From contig JBBIMK010000012.1 of the NCBI GenBank assembly GCA_037444445.1, positions 35,908 through 57,363 of the forward strand: a stretch of DNA of 21,456 nucleotides. The letters run 5' to 3'. This DNA is from a bacterium. GTDB lineage: Bacteria > UBP7 > UBA6624 > JBBIMK01. The translations under genes and the position numbers were made by a program. Of this stretch, positions 7,665-15,532 are shown one piece after another (position 1 is the first letter of the stretch; every line of letters begins with the position of its first letter). The notes under the pieces are model-generated. The model was not told where the DNA came from, searched no databases, and saw nothing but the letters and a program-made list of their open reading frames with translations.

Positions 7665-9653
7665 TCAATGGAAATTACGGGCGGCGGGCTCGTATTCTTC
7701 CATTTGCTCCGTTAGGACTATAATTTTATCCCGAAGGACGGCGGCGTATTCAAACTCCAGCCGCTCCGCTGCCTTCATCATCTGCTCCTCCAATTCTGTG
7801 ATGTAGGCTTTGATACGCTTCGGGTTCTTCGTCTTCAGGATTTCATCTTCCTCTGCATAGAGGATGGTGGATGGGCGAATCTCTTTCTGAATGCTCCTCG
7901 GCTGGATGTGATGCTTGAGATTGTATTGGACCTGGAGGTTTCTCCGGCGCCTGGCTTCATTCAAAGCGGACTCCATAGAGCCGGTGATTTCATCGGCATA
8001 GAGAATCACTTTCCCCTGGATATTCCGCGATGCTCTACCCATAATCTGGATGAGGGAAGTTTCCGAGCGGAGGAAGCCCTCTTTATCCGCATCCAGGATT
8101 GCCACGAGGGTAACCTCAGGAAGGTCCAGCCCTTCTCTCAGCAGGTTGATACCCACCAGGACATCGGTTTTGCCACTCCTGAGGGAGCGCAGGAGGCGCA
8201 CTCGCTCCAGGGTATCAATCTCGGAATGAATGTATTCTGACCTGATGCCCCGTTCTTTGAGGTAGTAGGAAATATCTTCCGCATTCTTTTTGGTGAGGGA
8301 AATGACGAGGGTTCTCTCGTGGCGTTTCACTCGGTGTTCAATTTCATAAAGGAGGTTTTGAATTTGCCCCGAGGCGGGGCGCACTTCCACCTCCGGGTCC
8401 ACCAGATAGGTGGGGCGGATGACCTGCTCCACCACCTGCGAGCTTTTATTCACCTCGTATTCTGCGGGCGTGGCGGACATATACAAAACCCGGTCGGTTC
8501 GCTCTTCCCATTCCTCAAAGGTGAGAGGTCGGTTGTCAAAGCAAGAAGGCAGGCGAAACCCATACTCCACCAGGGATTCCTTCCGCGAGCGGTCGCCGTG
8601 ATACATCCCCTGCAACTGCGGTATCGTTACATGGCTTTCATCCACCACAGTCAAAAACGGCCTCGGAAAATAGTCCATCAGGCAGGCAGGAGGCTCCCCC
8701 GGCTGGCGATGGGAAAAGTAGCGAGAATAATTCTCAATCCCCTTCACATAGCCCGTTTCCCGAATCATCTCCAGGTCATATCTCACCCTCTGCTCCAGCC
8801 TCTGGGCTTCCACATTTCTACCTCTACATTTGAACCAGTTCACCCGCTCCTTGAGTTCCTCTTCAATATCGGCTAAAATGTCCTCCAGCCTGTCCTCCTG
8901 AATCACATAATGGGTATTGGGGAAGAGGAGAACCTCCTGTGGGGATTGGACGACTGAACGGTCCAGGGGGTCCAGTTCCGAAATCGCCTCCACTTCGTCC
9001 CCGTAGAATTCCACCCGGGTGATGAGGTGGGAATCCGAGGGGATGACTTCCAGGACATCGCCTTTCAGGCGGAACTTACCCGGTGTCAAAGCGAGTTCAT
9101 TGCGTTCATACTGCATAGAGACGAGTTTACGGGCGACGGTTTGGGGTGAGATTCGGTCGCCCACCCGCAGACGCAGTAACTTGCTCATATACTCCTCTGG
9201 CGAGCCCAACCCATAGATGGCGGATACTGTGGCGACGATAATCACATCCTTGCGGGTGAGTAAATTCCGTGTGGCATGGTGGCGAAGGCGGTCCACTTCC
9301 TCATTGATGTCTGCATCCTTCTCAATATACAAATCCTTATGAACCACATACGCTTCCGGCTGATAATAATCATAATAAGACACAAAATAGCCCACCGCGT
9401 TCTCCGGGAAGAAGGCTTTGAACTCTTCATATAGTTGAGCGGAGAGGGTTTTATTGTGGGTAAGAACCAGGGTGGGGAGTTGGAGTTCCTGAATCACATT
9501 CGCCACGGTAAAAGTTTTTCCACTTCCGGTGACGCCCAGAAGGGTCTGATGAAGGAAGTGCTGATTCAAGAAGCCGTCGGAAAGGGAGCGAATGGCTTTC
9601 GGCTGGTCGCCTGCGGGTTCAAACTCCGCCCTCAAAACAAATCCTCTTGCCAT
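7665..9653 (-). CDS. uvrB: Excinuclease ABC subunit B (UvrB)
   Basis: Full-length 662 aa. Signatures include FEPAGDQPKAI, Walker A GVTGSGKTFT, DESH box VVDESHVTIPQL, helicase motifs LVGINLLREGLDLPEV and GRASRN, and a C-terminal UVR motif LEFEYAAVLRDKI. Confidence 0.97.
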   Translation of the reverse strand: MARGFVLRAEFEPAGDQPKAIRSLSDGFLNQHFLHQTLLGVTGSGKTFTVANVIQELQLPTLVLTHNKTLSAQLYEEFKAFFPENAVGYFVSYYDYYQPEAYVVHKDLYIEKDADINEEVDRLRHHATRNLLTRKDVIIVATVSAIYGLGSPEEYMSKLLRLRVGDRISPQTVARKLVSMQYERNELALTPGKFRLKGDVLEVIPSDSHLITRVEFYGDEVEAISELDPLDRSVVQSPQEVLLFPNTHYVIQEDRLEDILADIEEELKERVNWFKCRGRNVEAQRLEQRVRYDLEMIRETGYVKGIENYSRYFSHRQPGEPPACLMDYFPRPFLTVVDESHVTIPQLQGMYHGDRSRKESLVEYGFRLPSCFDNRPLTFEEWEERTDRVLYMSATPAEYEVNKSSQVVEQVIRPTYLVDPEVEVRPASGQIQNLLYEIEHRVKRHERTLVISLTKKNAEDISYYLKERGIRSEYIHSEIDTLERVRLLRSLRSGKTDVLVGINLLREGLDLPEVTLVAILDADKEGFLRSETSLIQIMGRASRNIQGKVILYADEITGSMESALNEARRRRNLQVQYNLKHHIQPRSIQKEIRPSTILYAEEDEILKTKNPKRIKAYITELEEQMMKAAERLEFEYAAVLRDKIIVLTEQMEEYEPAARNFH

Positions 9654-9672
9654 TCCTCCTCGCCACCCCCCA

Positions 9673-9680
9673 ATTATACA
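9673..9680 (-). promoter_or_regulatory. Extended -10 element (TGTATAAT) upstream of uvrB
   Basis: Minus strand reads TGTATAAT at 9680-9673, 20 nt upstream of the uvrB ATG (9653). No good -35 was seen, which fits an extended -10 promoter. Confidence 0.35.
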
Positions 9681-9760
9681 CCCTCCGGGGCTTTAGACCT
9701 TTTGCACTTTGACAAATCTTCTCTATATGATGGTCAGATGAAGGAAGTGGCGGAAGGCGG

Positions 9761-9988
9761 ATGTTCTCAGAAGAGGAAATGAGGGGGGACAGGGAGGATA
9801 CTCCCTCAGGCGAGACGACAGCCACCGGCGGCTTTTACTACTATGTGGACGACGAAATACTGGAGGCTTTCCGCCAGTGGCCGCCCGAACAACGGCTTTT
9901 GTGGCTGGAACACTGGAACCGCTTCCTGACGAATCTTCCACCCGAAATTCGCCAGCGGCAGGAGCGCTTCCGGAAAGGCGAAATCTGA
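9761..9988 (+). CDS. Hypothetical small protein (75 aa; alternative start ATG 9779)
   Basis: The ORF has protein-like composition (GGFYYYVDDEILEAFRQWPPEQRLLWLEHWNRFLTNLPPEIRQRQERFRKGEI). An SD-like AAGGAAGTG lies at 9741-9749. I recognise no family. It is divergent from uvrB. Confidence 0.4.
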   Translation: MFSEEEMRGDREDTPSGETTATGGFYYYVDDEILEAFRQWPPEQRLLWLEHWNRFLTNLPPEIRQRQERFRKGEI

Positions 9989-10004
9989 CCCCCTCATTTC
10001 CCCC

Positions 10005-10010
10005 TATAAT
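10005..10010 (+). promoter_or_regulatory. Perfect -10 hexamer TATAAT; would place a TSS at about 10017, the foot of the inverted-repeat stem
   Basis: TATAAT at 10005-10010. Only a poor -35 is present (CTGACC 9985-9990, spacing too short). Confidence 0.3.
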
Positions 10011-10019
10011 AATGTCAGT

Positions 10020-10157
10020 TTTTGGTGCCTGACCCCGAAGTTTTGAAGGGCACGCTTTCCCTGGAGTGAAATGGGAACTCGGCGCCTGCCAGGCTGATGC
10101 ACAGGAGAGCAAAATGAAATGGAGTCACAGCGACACTTTTAGGGTCGGGCACCAAAA
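10020..10157 (+). other. 138-nt element closed by a 16-bp inverted repeat (motif copies 2 and 3): structured 5' leader, small RNA or REP/MITE-like element
   Basis: 10020-10035 (TTTTGGTGCCTGACCC) pairs with 10142-10157 (GGGTCGGGCACCAAAA). That gives 15 Watson-Crick pairs plus one T10030-G10147 pair, which is a wobble only when read as plus-strand RNA. Inside it is a 15-codon ORF (10114-10161, MKWSHSDTFRVGHQK) with AGGAG at 10103-10107, 6 nt before the ATG. Confidence 0.45.
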
Positions 10158-10252
10158 GTGAACCCTATTTGCAAGGTATAGCCTGCCAGCCCCCTCCTGA
10201 ATGAAACTTTCGCGATAGGCTTTTAAGTGAAAATTCGGGAGGCAGAAGGAAT

Positions 10253-10837
10253 ATGGGCGCTTTAGGACGGCTGGTGAAACTCAAGGAGGAGTTAGGAATT
10301 GCGGTGAGCGACACTTCAAAGGATGAATGGTTGAAGCGTCTGCTGATGGTCTCCAGCGGGTTTGTGAAAGGCTACTGCCATCGGGATTTTGAACTGCAGG
10401 AACGAACCGAATCTCACTCTGCACTGCCGAAATCTAAAAAAATAATCCTCCGGGAATACCCTGTGGCCTCCCTATCCTCCCTGCAGGTGGATGGAGGAAC
10501 AGTGCCGGCGGAGGATTACCAGTGGACTGCGGAGGGGATTCTCTATTTTCCCGTCGGATTTCCGGAGGGATTTCATCACATTCGTGTGGTCTATACGGCG
10601 GGATTTGCCACCACGGGATGGGATGCGGACCCGCCCACCGGATTCGCTGTGCCCGAGGACCTGGAGGAGGCGGTGCTACACATTGCCATCCTGTTTTACA
10701 AGGAAGGAGATGCCAGCGGTGAGGGCAGGCTGGGCGTGCTGGAAAAAGAGTGGGCGAATGTGGGAAGGGTGGAATACTTCCACGACCTGCCGCCCCGAAT
10801 TCAATCCATCCTACAGGCTTACCGCTCCCTCGTATGA
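10253..10837 (+). CDS. Phage gp6-like head-tail connector / DNA-packaging (QLRG-type) family protein, orphan copy
   Basis: The whole-length pattern is typical of HK97 gp6 / SPP1 gp15-type connectors. N-terminal LVKLKEELGIAVSDTSKDEWLKRLLMVSSGFVKGYCHRDF, then ILREYPVASLSSLQVDG, VRVVYTAGF....VPEDLEEAVLHIAILFYKE, and C-terminal LPPRIQSILQAYRSL. SD GGGAGG lies at 10237-10242. No other phage gene is adjacent. Confidence 0.65.
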   Translation: MGALGRLVKLKEELGIAVSDTSKDEWLKRLLMVSSGFVKGYCHRDFELQERTESHSALPKSKKIILREYPVASLSSLQVDGGTVPAEDYQWTAEGILYFPVGFPEGFHHIRVVYTAGFATTGWDADPPTGFAVPEDLEEAVLHIAILFYKEGDASGEGRLGVLEKEWANVGRVEYFHDLPPRIQSILQAYRSLV

Positions 10838-10841
10838 ATGT

Positions 10842-10896
10842 GGGGGGGGCAGGCGCCCCTGAAGTTTCCCCCCTAAAACAGCGGTCGGATTTTTTT
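10842..10896 (+). terminator. Possible terminator region after the gp6-like gene
   Basis: A G8 run contains the hairpin GGGGC-AGGC-GCCCC (10846-10859), with outer G/C runs able to pair (10842-45 with 10870-73). A T7 tract lies at 10890-10896, but 17 nt after the stem, so the geometry is non-canonical. Confidence 0.25.
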
Positions 10897-10962
10897 AACC
10901 TCACGGGTATTGCCCCCCTGCATCAGTTATAATGAAGAGTAGAGAAAAGGAGGTGAAATGGA

Positions 10963-11247
10963 ATGTCCACTTATATTTTGCTCTCACAGTTGACGGAGGA
11001 AGGGGCGAAGACGCTAAAGAAGCGTCCCCAGCGGATTCAGGAGGTCAACCGGGAAGTGGAAGGGATGGGGGCGAAGGTCCTCTCCCAGTACGCCGTTCTG
11101 GGCCCTTACGATTTCGTTACCGTCGTGGAGGCGCCCGACAACGAGACCATCGCTCGCATCTCGGTGGAAATGGGCGCCAGGGGAAGTATTCGGGTGATGA
11201 CCCTCGCTGCCATCCCCATAGACCGGTTCATAAAAAGCCTGAAGTAA
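10963..11247 (+). CDS. GYD-domain protein
   Basis: 94 aa, MSTYILLSQLTEEGAKTLKK.PQRIQEVNREVEGMGAKVLSQYAVLGPYDFVTVVEAPDNETIARISVEMGARGSIRVMTLAAIP. This has the characteristic G(P)YD motif and length. Strong SD AAGGAGGTGA at 10948-10956 and -10 TATAAT at 10928-10933. Confidence 0.85.
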   Translation: MSTYILLSQLTEEGAKTLKKRPQRIQEVNREVEGMGAKVLSQYAVLGPYDFVTVVEAPDNETIARISVEMGARGSIRVMTLAAIPIDRFIKSLK

Positions 11248-11381
11248 GGTTCCATCCGAATTCGCATCTTTGAGTGTATTGAAAATGTAGAATCCCTTTT
11301 GTGCTCCTCACTCTACTTTATTATTTCCGCCACTTTTCCACGATTTGTTATAATGTTAGAAAGGTAGATGCTGTGGGGCAA

Positions 11382-12554
11382 ATGGCGCAGGGGAGGAAAG
11401 GGTGGAACTTTCGGGAGTGGTGGCGAGGGCGAATCCGGCTGGACCGGAATGAGTTTTCGGGAAGTTTCGGGGATATGGGCACAGACCTGCCCCTGCTTCT
11501 GGGGATGCTGATTACCTGTCGGCTGGATGCCGCCAGCACACTGATTCTTTTCGGCTTCCTGCAAATCCTCACGGGGGTATATTACGGACTTCCTATGCCC
11601 GTTCAGCCGTTGAAAGCCATGGCAGTGATTATGATAACCCGGGAGTATAGCGGGTCCATATTATACGGTGGAGGGCTTGCCATCGGCTTCCTGATGTTAT
11701 TACTTACCCTCACGGGGTTACTCAAGTGGCTGGTGAAGGTTACGCCGAAAAGCGTAGTGCGTGGGATACAGTTTGGGCTGGGTGTTTCACTCGCCTCTCT
11801 CGCACTCAGTCGGTATGTTTCCTCCGAAGGCTATAGGGGGTATGTTCTGTCTTCACTGGGGTTTGCTTTTGCCCTTTACTGGATGGGCAATCGGAAGTAT
11901 CCTCCCGCTGTATTTCTGATGATTCTCGGTGGGGTTTATGCCCTGTTTTTTCATCTGCCCGGGATAAACTTCCAGCAGGCCGTTGGCTTTGCCCTGCCGA
12001 AAACTCATGTGCCGGGGCTGGAGGACATCCTTCAAGGCTTCCTTCTTTTAAGCCTCCCTCAACTACCCCTATCTATTACCAACTCAGTCATTGCCACCCA
12101 TCAAACTTTAAGGGATTTATTTCCTCAGAGGGCTCCGAAAGTGGAGAAAATCGGGTTCACCTACTCTCTGATGAACCTGCTCAATCCGTTTTTCAGTGGC
12201 ATCCCCACCTGTCATGGTGCGGGGGGGGTTGCGGGTCATTATGTCTTCGGTGCCCGCACCGGTGGCTCCGTCGTCATCTATGGTTTCCTGTATCTCGTTG
12301 TGGGCTTTTTCTTCAGCCGGGGGTTTGAGGAAATCCTGCGGGTTTTCCCTCTGCCCATCCTGGGCGTCATCCTCCTGTTTGAAGGTATTATGATGATGCT
12401 ATTTATTCGGGATATTGCGGATTCGCGTTATGACCTTTTCATCTGTCTTTTAGTGGCTCTTTTAGTGGTGGGTCTTCCTTACGGCTATGTGATAGGGTTT
12501 TTCATCGGTTCTTTTCTTTACTATCTGAAAATTCCCCGCGGGATAGGGAAGTAG
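11382..12554 (+). CDS. MOT2-like putative molybdate/sulfate family transporter (multi-pass membrane protein)
   Basis: N-terminal EFSGSFGDMGTDLPLLLGM matches the signature E.SG..GD.GT.iP of the MOT2 (molybdate transporter 2) family. About 10 hydrophobic segments. The start is moved to ATG 11382; the listed GTG 11301 would put the extended -10 TGTTATAAT (11346-11354) inside the gene. Confidence 0.65.
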   Translation: MAQGRKGWNFREWWRGRIRLDRNEFSGSFGDMGTDLPLLLGMLITCRLDAASTLILFGFLQILTGVYYGLPMPVQPLKAMAVIMITREYSGSILYGGGLAIGFLMLLLTLTGLLKWLVKVTPKSVVRGIQFGLGVSLASLALSRYVSSEGYRGYVLSSLGFAFALYWMGNRKYPPAVFLMILGGVYALFFHLPGINFQQAVGFALPKTHVPGLEDILQGFLLLSLPQLPLSITNSVIATHQTLRDLFPQRAPKVEKIGFTYSLMNLLNPFFSGIPTCHGAGGVAGHYVFGARTGGSVVIYGFLYLVVGFFFSRGFEEILRVFPLPILGVILLFEGIMMMLFIRDIADSRYDLFICLLVALLVVGLPYGYVIGFFIGSFLYYLKIPRGIGK

Positions 12555-12577
12555 ATGGCAGGCATCTGGAATGGAGG

Positions 12578-13312
12578 TTAGAGGTTGAGGGAGGTAATTT
12601 CCCTCTGGGCCCAGAGGAGAGCGTCACGGTAGATTTGCAGTCTCGGCTCTTCCCGAATATCGCAATGGAGAAGGTGGAAGAAATCGGTTGCCACCTCCTG
12701 CACCAGGGGCTGTGAGAAGGCAGAGGGATTGGGCTTCAGCAGAGGCAAGCCGGCAGATTCTAAGGACTCTGGCAATTGCGGGTTGCTTTCATAAGCAGAC
12801 TGGATGGCGGAGACCATCTGGAGGGTATAACCCAGGGCGATGAGGGCTTCATTACGGGTAGAGAGGAGGGTTCGCGACTGGCTCGCCGCCACTTTCTTCT
12901 GCAGAACATCGTCCCAGTAGACGAAGACGATGCGATATTCGTTAGGAGGCTGGGGAGGGATAAACACACCGCCCACTTCGGAGGAACGGGATAAGTCTTC
13001 TCGCTCCCGTCCTGTCAGTTCTTTGAATAACCTGCTACCCCATTCAAACGAGGGTGTAAAATCCTGGAGTTGGACCCCTGCGGGGAGAAAAATCAGATGA
13101 GGGGAAGTGAGAATCTCTTCTGCGGTTCGAGGCAGGGGTTCCTCCAAACCCACGGCAGACACAGTTTCCACAAACCCCTGCAAAACCCGAACCCAGGCCA
13201 GGTGCTCTGCAACTTTCTTCTCGTTTCCCTTAACCTGCGCCAGCTGGACCCTGAGACGGAACACTTCCCGTGGAAGACTCCTCTGGTAAAAATCTTCCTT
13301 TTGTCCTTTCAC
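12578..13312 (-). CDS. Hypothetical protein (244 aa)
   Basis: A long ORF with ordinary codon and amino-acid composition. It shares a strand with the PiT gene, 138 nt downstream of it, and is convergent with the transporter gene. The only in-frame start after the upstream TAG is GTG 13312, with no properly spaced SD. I recognise no family. Confidence 0.55.
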   Translation of the reverse strand: MKGQKEDFYQRSLPREVFRLRVQLAQVKGNEKKVAEHLAWVRVLQGFVETVSAVGLEEPLPRTAEEILTSPHLIFLPAGVQLQDFTPSFEWGSRLFKELTGREREDLSRSSEVGGVFIPPQPPNEYRIVFVYWDDVLQKKVAASQSRTLLSTRNEALIALGYTLQMVSAIQSAYESNPQLPESLESAGLPLLKPNPSAFSQPLVQEVATDFFHLLHCDIREEPRLQIYRDALLWAQREITSLNL

Positions 13313-13450
13313 ACTTCCATCATACCACTATTCCCGGTCAGCCTCTGAAGGCAAGCACTGGATTGAGGCATTCTTCGTAGAGTGGCCACGAGTGGGTCGC
13401 CGTGAAATAGCGGTGGGTGCGTGGGTTTCTGCCCTACAGGACTGTTGACA

Positions 13451-14449
13451 TTATTTAACCCCGAAGAGATGGAGGAGGGTGAGGGCGACGGCAGCGATGA
13501 CAGCTGCACCGGGGAAAGTGAAAATCCAGGTGAAGATGATATGGGTGCCGATGCCCCAGCGGACGGCGGAGAATCTCCGAACGGCACCCGACCCCATCAC
13601 CGCTGTAGCGATGGCGTGAGTGGTGCTAATGGGCATACCGACCAGGGAAGTTACCAGTATAGTGGTGCCGGCACCTGCCTCAGCGCTGAATCCCTGCACC
13701 GGCTGGATATGCACCAGCCTCATGCCGAGGGTTTTAATCACCCGCCACCCGCCGACAGAAGTTCCGAGAGCCATAAAGAAAGCGGATGCCACTTTCACCC
13801 AGAAGGGCACGACAAAATCTTTCAGGATGCCGGCGGAAACCAGAGCGGTGGTAATGACTCCCATGGCGTTTTGAGTATCGTTCAAGCCGTGGGCATAAGC
13901 CATATACCCGGCGGATAAAATTTGCCCTCGCCGGAACAGCAGATTCAGGCGTGAAGGGGTTCCATTCTGGAAAATCCACATCATCGCCAGCATCAGCAGG
14001 AATCCAATGAAAAAACCTGCAACGGGAGACACGATTAAACCGATGAAGATTTTGTTCCCCACCGCATGCCATTGAACGGCGTGCAGGCCGCCAGCCGCGA
14101 AGGCAGCCCCCATCAACCCGGCAATCAAAGAGTGGGTGATACTGATGGGGATGCCTGCGTAGGTGCACAGCCACGACCAGGCGTTGGCGCCGATGAGACC
14201 TGAGATGATCACTCCGGGAGTGGCATAAGCGGGTGTCACGATTTTCCCAATCGTTTTCGCCACCTCCGTGCTGAGGAAGGCACCGAGAAAATTCAGAGCC
14301 CGGGCGAGTGCAATGGCTTGATACGGGGATAAGGCACGGGTGCAAATGGTGGTGGCGATGGCGTTGGCCGCATCGTTCATCCCGTTAAAAAAATCATACG
14401 CCCAGGCAAGAATGATAATCAGAATGAGCACCAGCGTCACGCCTTCCAA
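13451..14449 (-). CDS. pit: Inorganic phosphate transporter, PiT (PHO4) family
   Basis: Signature GMNDAANAIAT near the N-terminus, with its internal duplicate GLNDTQNAMGVIT. Polytopic membrane protein. TTG start at 14449, 9 nt after GGAGG (14463-14459). Confidence 0.92.
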   Translation of the reverse strand: MEGVTLVLILIIILAWAYDFFNGMNDAANAIATTICTRALSPYQAIALARALNFLGAFLSTEVAKTIGKIVTPAYATPGVIISGLIGANAWSWLCTYAGIPISITHSLIAGLMGAAFAAGGLHAVQWHAVGNKIFIGLIVSPVAGFFIGFLLMLAMMWIFQNGTPSRLNLLFRRGQILSAGYMAYAHGLNDTQNAMGVITTALVSAGILKDFVVPFWVKVASAFFMALGTSVGGWRVIKTLGMRLVHIQPVQGFSAEAGAGTTILVTSLVGMPISTTHAIATAVMGSGAVRRFSAVRWGIGTHIIFTWIFTFPGAAVIAAVALTLLHLFGVK

Positions 14450-14463
14450 CTTTTCCCGCCTCC

Positions 14464-15090
14464 TCAGCCATATTTCACCAGGATGCCTTCCACGATATTC
14501 GCCACCGTCTCACACTTATCAATGGCAATTTCTGCCGTTTCATAAATTTCTTTCCACTTCATAACCTCCAGCGGATGGGGGTTATTTTCGAACAGGGAAG
14601 CGAGGGCGGAGCGTAGCACCTGGTCGCCCTGGTTCTCCTGTGTATGAATCTCCTCTAAAATTTTAAACATCCCGGAACGCTGTCGCTGGTCCTTCAACCC
14701 CTTCATCGCTTTTAAGACCTGGGATGTGCTTGTCTCAAGAATCCTCGCCAGTTCCTTCAGGGCTGGATTAGAGCCTTTCAACTTATACAGCCACAATCGT
14801 TCTGAAACCGCTTCCGTGTAATCCGCCACATCATCCAGGGCAGAAATGAGGCTGTGAATATCTTCCCGGTCGATGGGCGTGACAAAGGTCTTGTTCAGCA
14901 TCTGGATGGTGCGATGGGTAATGTCATCGCCCTGGTGCTCCAGGTGGCGGATTTCCTCCGCAATAGATTCCGAGTGATCCAGGTTGTCTGCCATTTTCAC
15001 CAGGGTTAGAGCGGCCTGATGGTTATTTTCCGCCGCCTGATGAAAAAAATCATAGAACTCCACCCGTGCGGGTAAAAGACGAAATTTCAT
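14464..15090 (-). CDS. DUF47 / PhoU-like phosphate-transport regulator (TIGR00153-type partner of PiT)
   Basis: LEHQGDDITHRTIQMLNKTFVTPIDREDIHSLISALDDVADY is the classic DUF47 motif. It lies immediately upstream of the PiT gene (14-nt gap), the canonical pairing. SD GAGGTGA lies just before ATG 15090. Confidence 0.9.
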   Translation of the reverse strand: MKFRLLPARVEFYDFFHQAAENNHQAALTLVKMADNLDHSESIAEEIRHLEHQGDDITHRTIQMLNKTFVTPIDREDIHSLISALDDVADYTEAVSERLWLYKLKGSNPALKELARILETSTSQVLKAMKGLKDQRQRSGMFKILEEIHTQENQGDQVLRSALASLFENNPHPLEVMKWKEIYETAEIAIDKCETVANIVEGILVKYG

Positions 15091-15286
15091 CCTCTCTTCA
15101 CCTCTTGCAGGGGCTGAAATTTTCCTCCCACTCGCCCTTCAGGAATAAAAAGAGAAAAATCACAGCGTTGCATAAGTAACCATAAGAATAAATATAACAC
15201 AAAGATAGAAAAAACAAGAACGACGAGCAGTAACGGAGAATGCAGGCAGGATTTACCCGTGCTCACAGGGTGTTTGCGTTTTATCC

Positions 15287-15527
15287 AAAAAAAACCCGGG
15301 TAGATTTTTACCCCTTCCGGCTGAAGAATCCTGAGCAAGGTTGGAATGAGATGGTGTTCTCACACGAGACGAGATCCTTCAAATCCCACTTACGGAGGAG
15401 CCCTCGGTGCGGCACCCCGTTCGCCACATTCCCCTGGGGTGGGCCCGCAGGGATCCTGACTCAGTCAGGATGCGCTTGCTCCTCCCGGGGAAATCGCCTT
15501 ACAGGGGCAGAATCTATCCCGGGCACT
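15287..15527 (-). ncRNA. Candidate structured RNA of about 235 nt, family not recognised; either a stand-alone sRNA or a leader of the DUF47/PiT operon
   Basis: The unit runs from a predicted TSS at about 15525-15527 to a U8 tract (15294-15287). Helices, in plus coordinates:
- Closing helix 15295-15315 / 15503-15523: 6 bp, bulged nt 15517, 6 bp, a 1x2 internal loop, then 7 bp.
- 15394-15401 / 15477-15484: 8 bp, GGAGGAGC/GCTCCTCC.
- 15453-15460 / 15464-15471: 8-bp hairpin.
- 15401-04 plus 15409-12 / 15445-52.
- 15413-18 / 15436-41: 6 bp.
- 15322-30 / 15373-81: 9 bp.
Two of the pairs are G-U only in the minus-strand reading; in the plus reading they would be A-C. No SD-preceded ORF is present. 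Confidence 0.45.
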
Positions 15528-15532
15528 TTTCC

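Noticed and set aside
10932-11273. 113-aa alternative-frame ORF over the GYD gene; 10434-10904 antisense ORF over the gp6-like gene; 13734-14345 alternative-frame ORF in the PiT gene
   Set aside because: All are overlapped by frames with clear family signatures, and all give Arg/Gly/Pro-rich low-complexity products.
11301-11381. Upstream extensions of the MOT2-like transporter (GTG 11301) and of the TolB-like gene (15585-15755)
   Set aside because: The extensions contain promoter-like boxes (TGTTATAAT at 11346-54; TATAAT at 15718-23). They lack SDs, whereas the internal ATGs (11382, 15756) begin the recognisable protein or signal peptide, and 15756 also follows a strong SD.
15087-15338. 83-aa minus-strand ORF with a hydrophobic stretch whose TGA overlaps the DUF47 ATG (ATGA)
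   Set aside because: It reads straight through the U8 tract and the 3' arm of the candidate RNA. Its hydrophobic segment is translated from an AT-rich, promoter-like stretch whose codons (TTT, TTA, TAT) are unlike the neighbouring genes. There is no SD at any candidate start. The ATGA overlap is probably coincidental.
15287-15527. Tried to assign the structured RNA to SRP, 6S, tmRNA, RNase P, or the ydaO, glycine or TPP riboswitches
   Set aside because: No GGAA-tetraloop / AGCAGC domain IV, no GAGGAAAGUCC, and no tRNA-like 3' end. The fold is branched rather than a 6S-type rod with a central bubble. There are only short, unconvincing resemblances to ydaO (ACGGGG, CCGUAAG) and glycine (CACCGA-GGG) motifs. 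It is left unclassified.
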